A stretch of 64,000 bases of DNA from Gammaproteobacteria bacterium (GTDB lineage Bacteria; Pseudomonadota; Gammaproteobacteria; Eutrophobiales; Eutrophobiaceae): contig OZ220696.1 of the NCBI GenBank assembly GCA_965116495.1, positions 640,001-704,000 on the forward strand, given 5' to 3'. A model generated the notes under the pieces. That model had not been told where the DNA came from and ran no database searches. It worked only from the letters and a program-made list of their open reading frames with translations. Below are positions 57,435 to 64,000 of the stretch, piece after piece. A program made the translations under genes and the position numbers. Each line of letters opens with the position of its first letter. Within the stretch, counting starts at the first letter, position 1.

Positions 57435-59681
57435 GTGAAAAAATCCACATCCTGCCTGTATCAACTGCAGACTTTACTCCTGGCAACGGCTTTTACCGGC
57501 CCATCCTTCGGGCAAAGCGACAATACCCTGGAAGAAATTGTTGTTACCGCCAACAAACGTGGCGCTGTTTCACTTCAGGACACGGCCGGCAGTATCACGG
57601 CAATTAGCGCGGATACGCTCGAGAGAACCCTGGTGGAAGGGTTTGAAGATTACATCAAGATGGTGCCGGGACTGACTTCCGTCAGTTCAGGCCCGGGTCA
57701 GTCGCAGATCGTAATTCGAGGGGTCAATGCAGTCAGGATTATCCACAACGCTCCCCAGACCCGCTCGCTGGCGGGCCTCTATATTGATGAAATGCCGATT
57801 TCCGTGGCCGGATACAACCCTGATTTAGGTGTTGTCGATATTGAGCGGATAGAAGTCCTGCGCGGCCCCCAGGGTACGCTTTACGGCGCCAGTTCCATGG
57901 CCGGCACGATCCGGGTCGTAACCGCAAAGCCCGATACCGGGGAGTTTTCGGGAAATTTCGGCGCAAATGTCTCCCACACCGAAGATGGTGACATAAATCA
58001 CAGGGTGAAAGGGTCCGTGAATGTGCCGATTTCGGACCGGGTTGCCATGCGTCTCAACGCCTACAACACCTCAAAAGGCGGATTTATCGATAATGTAGCC
58101 CCGGGCATGGAAGAAGAAGATTACAACAGCGAGGAGATTTATGGCGGCAGGGCGCAAATAGCCTACTATGGTGACAAGCTGAATGCCGTGGCGGCCATTA
58201 TGTACAACGATCTGGAATCGGATGGGCCGCCCGATGAATACCTGCCAAGCCCTGATGATCCCATCATCGGCGCGGTGAGCAAAGAATTCGAGACCGTCAA
58301 GCTCGTTCAGGATTTTTATAGCCAGGAGTTTTTCGCTTTCAATTTTAATCTCGATTACGATTTGGGTCCGGTCCTGTTCACCTCGGCTACCTCGTATTTC
58401 GATATGGAAATCGCGAAGAGCCTGGATGACACCTACCGGGTGCTTGCAGTGACGCCAATACGCGCACCATGGAGCGATTACCAGGCCTGGGATACGAGCG
58501 AGTCCGTCATCCAGGAAATACGCCTGTCTTCAAACAATGATACGCGGCTGGAATGGCTGATTGGCGGTTACTACGAAGCCAATGACAGGGAATTCCTGCA
58601 AACGCAACCTACTCCCGGCCTGAATGCATTTTTTGTTTCCATAGGCGGCCCTCCTCCCTGCCCGACACTGACCGGACCTTGTTTCGGCGCGGTGGCGGAT
58701 TCCGTGTTTGATGGGACGACGACTATTGATTCGGAGCAGTTCGCGGTGTTTGGCGAGGCCACCTTGCATGTCACCGACGCGCTCAGGTTGAAACTCGGTT
58801 TCCGCTATTTCGATTATGAGAACGACGCGTACATCCTGGGTTCCGGGGTTGCCAATGGCGGTCTGACCGTCGATGAGGATATCATCAAACAGGATGACTG
58901 GGTACCCAAGGTTGAAGTATCTTTTGACGTATCCGAAGATCACATGGTCTATGCCACTTATTCGGAAGGTTTCCGATTAGGCGGGATAAACGGTTTTATC
59001 CCCGAGGCCTGTCGCGCCGAAGTGACGGCACTGGGGTCAAGCTGGAACGCGCCGTTTAACTCAGACAGCCTGGAAAACTATGAGGTCGGCGCTAAAACCT
59101 CCTGGCTTGATAATCGTCTGACCGCGAACCTGGCCGTTTATTACAACGAATTTGACGACATTCAAACGAACGTCCCGCTGGATTGCGGCTTTTTCCAGAT
59201 GTTGAATTCAGGCAAGATCGAAAACACCGGCTTTGAGGGCGATTTCACTTTCCTGGCATCGGAAGCATTGACGTTGCAATTCGGGTTTGCTTATGTGGAT
59301 TCAGAAGTTGCGACTTCCATCCCCGGTGTGAATGCCGATGGAGATGAACCGCCTTATATCCCGGAATTCACCGCATCCGGTTCTGTTGATTACGGCATAC
59401 CTCTGGGGAACGGCTCCGGTTTCATTCGAGCAGACGTGCGGCACGTGGGCAGTTCCGGCAACGAATTTTCGTCACAACCGACTATCAGCATTTTACCGTC
59501 TTACACCATTGTCGATCTGACCCTGGGTTATGAAATGAACAACTGGTCATTAAGCGTCTTTGCCAGGAATCTGTTTGATGACGATGTCATCACCAATATC
59601 GACCCTGACCGTGTGCAACCGGAGCAGTTAAGCCGCGGCCTGCCCAGAACGATCGGCATCGGCGTAACCAGAAGTTTCTGA
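57435..59681 (+). CDS. TonB-dependent receptor
   Basis: LEEIVVTANKR, ERIEVLRGPQGTLYGASSMAG, C-terminal PRTIGIGVTRSF. AGGGG precedes GTG 57435. Confidence 0.95.
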   Translation: MKKSTSCLYQLQTLLLATAFTGPSFGQSDNTLEEIVVTANKRGAVSLQDTAGSITAISADTLERTLVEGFEDYIKMVPGLTSVSSGPGQSQIVIRGVNAVRIIHNAPQTRSLAGLYIDEMPISVAGYNPDLGVVDIERIEVLRGPQGTLYGASSMAGTIRVVTAKPDTGEFSGNFGANVSHTEDGDINHRVKGSVNVPISDRVAMRLNAYNTSKGGFIDNVAPGMEEEDYNSEEIYGGRAQIAYYGDKLNAVAAIMYNDLESDGPPDEYLPSPDDPIIGAVSKEFETVKLVQDFYSQEFFAFNFNLDYDLGPVLFTSATSYFDMEIAKSLDDTYRVLAVTPIRAPWSDYQAWDTSESVIQEIRLSSNNDTRLEWLIGGYYEANDREFLQTQPTPGLNAFFVSIGGPPPCPTLTGPCFGAVADSVFDGTTTIDSEQFAVFGEATLHVTDALRLKLGFRYFDYENDAYILGSGVANGGLTVDEDIIKQDDWVPKVEVSFDVSEDHMVYATYSEGFRLGGINGFIPEACRAEVTALGSSWNAPFNSDSLENYEVGAKTSWLDNRLTANLAVYYNEFDDIQTNVPLDCGFFQMLNSGKIENTGFEGDFTFLASEALTLQFGFAYVDSEVATSIPGVNADGDEPPYIPEFTASGSVDYGIPLGNGSGFIRADVRHVGSSGNEFSSQPTISILPSYTIVDLTLGYEMNNWSLSVFARNLFDDDVITNIDPDRVQPEQLSRGLPRTIGIGVTRSF

Positions 59682-59709
59682 AACGGCCTCTACTGTTATC
59701 ATCTGGTCA

Positions 59710-59740
59710 GCCAGCGCCATCTTTCACAGACGGCGCTGGC
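59710..59740. terminator. GC-rich hairpin downstream of the TBDR
   Basis: GCCAGCGCCATCT...AGACGGCGCTGGC with no clear U-tract. Confidence 0.45.
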
Positions 59741-59926
59741 CCCCAAAAGGCGGCTGTTATTTCCTTCAGGTCGTTGATAAGACCACATTCGTAATTATTT
59801 TCCCGCTTCTCAAACAATTACGTCTGTTAGGGTTTATAATCCGGCAGAGCGCAGGTGCAGGATATGTGACAAGGTCGGTGTGACTTGTGCCCAGCACAGA
59901 CAAATCATCTCTGGACAGGACATTGA

Positions 59927-61108
59927 ATGAGCAAAAACGTAGAACTGTTCGATAACTGGCTGCGCACGTCATTCGTCGAAATGAATACCGAACTGGAGGA
60001 GATTTATTTCGGGCAGGAAGACCGGCAGGCCGTTGCCGGTGTAGGCGACCCCATCAAGCAAGACCTGGTTGAGGAAGGCAACAGCTATATCATTCCCCTG
60101 CTGCAGGAAGGCAATACGGATGAAGGCTTTGACCGGCAATATAACCTGCTCGGTTGTGTCGGCTTTTACATGGCCGCGTGCCGCCGGCATGATATTACCG
60201 AACCGTCACGGGAGACGACTTCTCCCCTGGTAGAGGCTTCCGCGCTCGCCCTGCACCTAGCGACCACCCTGGGTGTGACCCCGCGCTTTGCCACCAGCCA
60301 TATGGCGACTTTCAATCCGGCAAAAGACGGTGTTTACCGCACGTTTACCTCGTTGAAGGATGAGTTCCTGTTCCTGGATTACAACACGCTGGGTATTTTT
60401 GCCTATCAGCGCGCGGCCGATGCGCTGAGAAGAATATTGCCGCTGGGCATCTCACATCCCCTTGCGAGCTATTTGTTTCATCTCACAAAAACAGCCCTGG
60501 AAGACGTCATCGTGTTCAACGACAGGTTGTTTGATGAACTGGACACCGACCGTTTCTTCAACTGCGTACGGCCGTATTACAAACCTTACCGGGTAGGGCC
60601 CAACGTCTATCGCGGCGCGAACGCGGGTGACTTTGCCGGCATAAATGTCATCGACCTGCTGCTGGGTCTTTGCCGCGCGGATAATCCGTCCTATGCGCAG
60701 GTACTGGTCGACAAGTTCCTGTTCATGCTGCCCGAGGAACAGGAGTTGTTGCGGGATTGCATGCGGCGCAGGAGCTTTCTGGACCAGTTCCTGGACGAAC
60801 TGGACGGGTACAGTGCCAAGGACTGGTTTCAAGACAACCTTAAAGCATACCTGGAGGTTGTCGAGATTCATGGTAAAGGCGCGGCTTCCCACCATGACAA
60901 ACTGGTGAAGAAATTCATTGAGAAACCGGCACACGCACTGCCGGATGAGGGGCTGGTCAACATTACCGCCAGCGGTCCCCCACTACCTGTGCTGCTGGAT
61001 GCACTGGAAAAATTACGCGACCTGCGTCTTGCAGCGGACAGGGATGACATTCCCAGCCGTTACCATGATTTGCATGAATTGAGAAGTTGCATTAATTATA
61101 ATTCATAA
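59927..61108 (+). CDS. PrnB-like/DUF1864 heme-dependent dioxygenase-superfamily protein
   Basis: FDNWLRTSFVEMNTELE, MAACRRH, PRFATSH, VRPYYKPYRVG..YRGANAGDFAGIN, TASGPPL. Confidence 0.8.
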   Translation: MSKNVELFDNWLRTSFVEMNTELEEIYFGQEDRQAVAGVGDPIKQDLVEEGNSYIIPLLQEGNTDEGFDRQYNLLGCVGFYMAACRRHDITEPSRETTSPLVEASALALHLATTLGVTPRFATSHMATFNPAKDGVYRTFTSLKDEFLFLDYNTLGIFAYQRAADALRRILPLGISHPLASYLFHLTKTALEDVIVFNDRLFDELDTDRFFNCVRPYYKPYRVGPNVYRGANAGDFAGINVIDLLLGLCRADNPSYAQVLVDKFLFMLPEEQELLRDCMRRRSFLDQFLDELDGYSAKDWFQDNLKAYLEVVEIHGKGAASHHDKLVKKFIEKPAHALPDEGLVNITASGPPLPVLLDALEKLRDLRLAADRDDIPSRYHDLHELRSCINYNS

Positions 61109-61112
61109 CCAT

Positions 61113-61313
61113 TTGTTCTATAAAAATTATATAATTCCTGTTGTTTATATTCTACTGACGATCCTCGGCATACCCTGGTACCTGCCGCCGGAACTCACAA
61201 CGATGATCTTCGGGTTTCCGTTATGGGTCGCCATATCCCTGCTTGTCATATTCGCCGGTGCAATGTTTACCGCCTGGCTGTACCTGTTCGGTTTTCCGGA
61301 AGATGATTGCTGA
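61113..61313 (+). CDS. Small two-TM membrane protein (DUF997/DUF3311-like SSS partner)
   Basis: IPWY...IFGFPLWV; TGATG coupling to the symporter. Confidence 0.75.
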   Translation: MFYKNYIIPVVYILLTILGIPWYLPPELTTMIFGFPLWVAISLLVIFAGAMFTAWLYLFGFPEDDC

Positions 61314-62812
61314 TGTTTGAACTCCTCCCATTCGGAGCCGGCGCGTGGGCGTTCATAGTGATCTATGTGAGTTCATTATTGTTGTTCGGCTGGTATGGAT
61401 ACCGCTCCCGCACGGAAAATACACTCGCTGATTTTTACCTTGCGGGGTCCGGGTTCGGTACTCTGATCCTGTTATTGACGCTGTACGCAACACAGTTCAG
61501 CGGCAATACCTTCTTTGCCTTTACCGGGATGACCTACCGGATCGGTTTTTCCTGGATCATGTCCGTTTATTTCATGGTGGCGATCATCGCTTTTTACCTG
61601 GTTTATGCCCTGCGTTTGCGGCCGTTGGCCAGGCAACATGGTTTCATTACGCCGGTCGATTACCTGAATTGGCGTTTCAGGTCAGGCACACTTAATTTGC
61701 TGGCCGCCCTGGTTATGATCATATCTCTGGGCAATTTCCTGCTGGCGCAGTTGATGGCCATGGGCCGGGCCATGCAGGGGATGGCTGCGGGCAACCCTGA
61801 CACGGCATACACGATGGGTGTCATTGTGCTGGCCCTGATCATGGTGATTTACGGGACACTGGGCGGTCTGCGCGCCGTGGCATGGACGGACGCGGTGCAG
61901 GGCACCGTACTGTTCATCGGGTTTTTATTGCTGATCTCATCACTGATCCTGAAATTCGGCCCTTTGTCCGTTGCCACGGCCACTATAATGGACTCGGCCG
62001 ACGCCCATAAAATCATGCTGCCCGATGCCAACAGGATGAGGGAGTGGTTAAGTTATATCCTGCTTGTCGGTATGGGCGGTGCATTGTACCCCCATGCGAT
62101 TCAACGGATTTATGCATCCAGGTCAGGCCAGGTATTACGGCGGAGCCTGGCCGGCATGGTCTTCCTGCAGATTTTTGCGACCTTGATTGCCGTGATTGCC
62201 GGTATTTATGCCATTGCCAATATACCGGGACTGGAAGGAATTCAATCCGACCAGGTCATGGCGCGCATTTTTCGCCTGCTGCAGGAAGACTCGGTTTTCG
62301 GTTACTGGCTGGTCGTGATTTTGTTCGCCGCGATCATTTCCGCGATGATGTCCACGGCCGATTCGGCCCTGTTGACTATCTCATCCATGCTTACCAAGGA
62401 TGTGTATGCCGGGTATTTGGGCCGGAATGCAACCCAGGCTGAGTTAACGGGGATCGGCAAACTCTGTTCCTGGGCATTGATCCTGTTCCTTGGCTGGCTG
62501 GCGATCATGCTGCAGGACAAGGCCTCATTGATCACACTGATCGACAGGAAGTTCGACCTGCTGGTCCAATTGGTTCCTGCGTTCATGTTAGGTATCCGCT
62601 GGGGGAATTTGTGTGCAGGGCCGGTAGTCGCCGGTCTTGTTACGGGACTTGCCGTTGCGCTGGCGCTTGCCTTCGGCCCGTTTGACTTTGTCAGCGCCGG
62701 CAAGATATGGGGGTTTCATCCGGGTCTGTACGGGTTGTTGCTCAACCTGGTAATAGCGGTAGGCGGTTCCCTGTTGCTGAATAGTTCTGAATACCCCGGC
62801 TCTCGCCAGTAG
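61313..62812 (+). CDS. Sodium:solute symporter (PanF/PutP-like)
   Basis: DFYLAG, YATQFSGNTF, GGLRAVAWTDAVQG, PHAIQR, SAMMSTADS. Confidence 0.92.
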   Translation: MFELLPFGAGAWAFIVIYVSSLLLFGWYGYRSRTENTLADFYLAGSGFGTLILLLTLYATQFSGNTFFAFTGMTYRIGFSWIMSVYFMVAIIAFYLVYALRLRPLARQHGFITPVDYLNWRFRSGTLNLLAALVMIISLGNFLLAQLMAMGRAMQGMAAGNPDTAYTMGVIVLALIMVIYGTLGGLRAVAWTDAVQGTVLFIGFLLLISSLILKFGPLSVATATIMDSADAHKIMLPDANRMREWLSYILLVGMGGALYPHAIQRIYASRSGQVLRRSLAGMVFLQIFATLIAVIAGIYAIANIPGLEGIQSDQVMARIFRLLQEDSVFGYWLVVILFAAIISAMMSTADSALLTISSMLTKDVYAGYLGRNATQAELTGIGKLCSWALILFLGWLAIMLQDKASLITLIDRKFDLLVQLVPAFMLGIRWGNLCAGPVVAGLVTGLAVALALAFGPFDFVSAGKIWGFHPGLYGLLLNLVIAVGGSLLLNSSEYPGSRQ

Positions 62813-62952
62813 GAACCCTGTTTCACGATAAAGTATCCAGCCGCTTTGATGTTGTAATAGACTCATACCGTAACGGGATTGCAGTCGACTTTGAATGTGA
62901 AAACGGCGTAATTACCATGCTGGAATTTACCCAGACCGCAGCATCATGGAAT

Positions 62953-63729
62953 TCACCCGTTGCCGCCGCCTGAGACGTACAGTATCTGGCCGGTGATGTA
63001 GGATGCGCCATCACCGGCAAGGAATGCGACCGCATCAGCCACTTCTTCGGTAGTCCCCATCCGTCGGAGAAACGAATCTCCCAGGGTTTGCTCGATCATG
63101 TCACTGCGCCACAGTTTTTCAGCTTCGGTCGGCCCGTCAGGGTTGCGCGGGATCACCCGGTTGGCTTCTATTGCGCCGGGCGCCACGCAGTTAACCCGGA
63201 TATTGTATTCTGCCAGTTCCATGGCAAGGCACACGGTGATTGCATGAACACCGCCTTTGGCCGCGGAGTAGGGAACCCGGTAAATTCCCCGGGTCGCCAC
63301 TGAACCGATATTCACGATCGCGCCCTGCCGGCGTTCGACCATATGTGGTATGACTGCCCGGCATCCGCGCAGGGTCGGCCACAGCGTTCTGCTGATTTCC
63401 CGTTGTATTTCCTCATCTTCGTATTCCTGGAAGGGTTTGGTCCAGATGGTACCGCCGACGTTGTTTACGGCAATATCGATACGGCCATATGCGCCAAGGG
63501 TTTTTTCTACCAGGTAATCCACACCTTCCCTGGTTTCCATGTCAGCTTCGATGACCAGGACAGCGCCGCCGGACGCGGCTATCTCGTCACCCACAATGTT
63601 GCAGGCATCGGGCACGCGATCCGCCAGGGCCAACCTGGCGCCGTCCCGGGCCAGACGCAATGCCGTGGCGCGGCCTATTCCCTGGGCTGCTCCGGTAACG
63701 ATCGCCGTTCTACCCGATAAGCCGGTCAC
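62953..63729 (-). CDS. benD: cis-dihydrodiol carboxylate dehydrogenase (BenD/XylL-type SDR)
   Basis: VTGAAQGIG, NNVGGTIWTKPF..Y, TLWPTL..CRAV.P.M, ATRGIYRVPYSAAKGGV. Confidence 0.85.
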   Translation of the reverse strand: MTGLSGRTAIVTGAAQGIGRATALRLARDGARLALADRVPDACNIVGDEIAASGGAVLVIEADMETREGVDYLVEKTLGAYGRIDIAVNNVGGTIWTKPFQEYEDEEIQREISRTLWPTLRGCRAVIPHMVERRQGAIVNIGSVATRGIYRVPYSAAKGGVHAITVCLAMELAEYNIRVNCVAPGAIEANRVIPRNPDGPTEAEKLWRSDMIEQTLGDSFLRRMGTTEEVADAVAFLAGDGASYITGQILYVSGGGNG

Positions 63730-64000
63730 AGCGGGTAGGCCATGAAGCGCTCGACCATGGATGAATCCGTGACCACTTTTTTTGCGAGAAACGAGGCCTC
63801 ACTGCCGTTGATGGCGACACGATCGAAATACATGCCTGAGGCAAACAGTTCCGTTCTGCCGGTTTCAACAGGCGTATAGTTCACCGTAAAATTGGTTGTA
63901 ACTTCATACAGGTTGCCCTGCCCATGCCGGCAGGTTAAGCGCTGGATAAAATGGCGAGTGCGGTAATCAGATAAGGTACCGGCCCAGATCCTGGTAACAT
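63726..64000 (-). CDS. Aromatic ring-hydroxylating oxygenase beta subunit (5' end outside the window)
   Basis: Manual translation RIWAGTLSDYRTRHF...TNFTV..TPVETGRTELFASGMYFDRV...KVVTDSSMVERFMAYPL*; GTGA overlap with benD. Confidence 0.82.
   Translation of the reverse strand, partial: VTRIWAGTLSDYRTRHFIQRLTCRHGQGNLYEVTTNFTVNYTPVETGRTELFASGMYFDRVAINGSEASFLAKKVVTDSSMVERFMAYPL

Noticed and set aside
59840-59926. Possible riboswitch in the leader of the PrnB-like gene
   Set aside because: Only a modest hairpin (ACAAGGTC/GACTTGT) after a TATAAT. I could not match a known aptamer consensus; an Rfam/Infernal scan would decide.
59927-61108. Pyrrolnitrin biosynthetic cluster
   Set aside because: No halogenase (prnA/prnC) or aminopyrrolnitrin oxygenase (prnD) is nearby.
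62813-62952. Open + strand frame between the symporter and benD
   Set aside because: Short, with no start context and no recognisable motif.
1-64000. tRNA, rRNA, integrase, transposase or phage genes
   Set aside because: None were recognised on either strand by inspection.

Overview
Accessory, catabolism-rich 64-kb region of a bacterial genome. The gene families suggest a marine proteobacterium, possibly host-associated; this is inference only. In order it contains: (1) a purine/ureide or cyclic-amide cluster (NCS1 permease, PuuE-like allantoinase, ureidoglycolate lyase, and hydantoinase/oxoprolinase A and B transcribed divergently); (2) soeABC sulfite dehydrogenase with a TauE exporter; (3) two paralogous TonB-receptor plus exported amidohydrolase modules with a TetR regulator and a Tat amidase; (4) a repeat-bracketed vapBC module; (5) a myo-inositol (iol) cluster with an embedded tannase-family esterase that lacks the family's active-site cysteines; (6) a 21-copy heptamer SSR in a leader ORF ahead of an RTX protein; (7) a FAD monooxygenase-cytochrome b5 fusion divergent from an AtsA-like hydrolase and a P450, followed by a Tat-like deacetylase and a dehalogenase/QueG-like Fe-S protein; (8) a TRAP/GlpD-like/TBDR unit, an orphan PrnB-like protein with an SSS transporter, and the end of an aromatic dioxygenase/benD operon. 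The most striking structural signal is at 36.8-37.4 kb. It is a collinear, deletion-collapsed second copy of the 3-18 kb region (hydantoinase B, soeC and tetR fragments, about 15 kb reduced to about 0.6 kb), with reciprocal loss of the adjacent gene between the copies. Several other gene stumps are scattered through the window. I saw no rRNA, tRNA, CRISPR array, or intact transposase or integrase.
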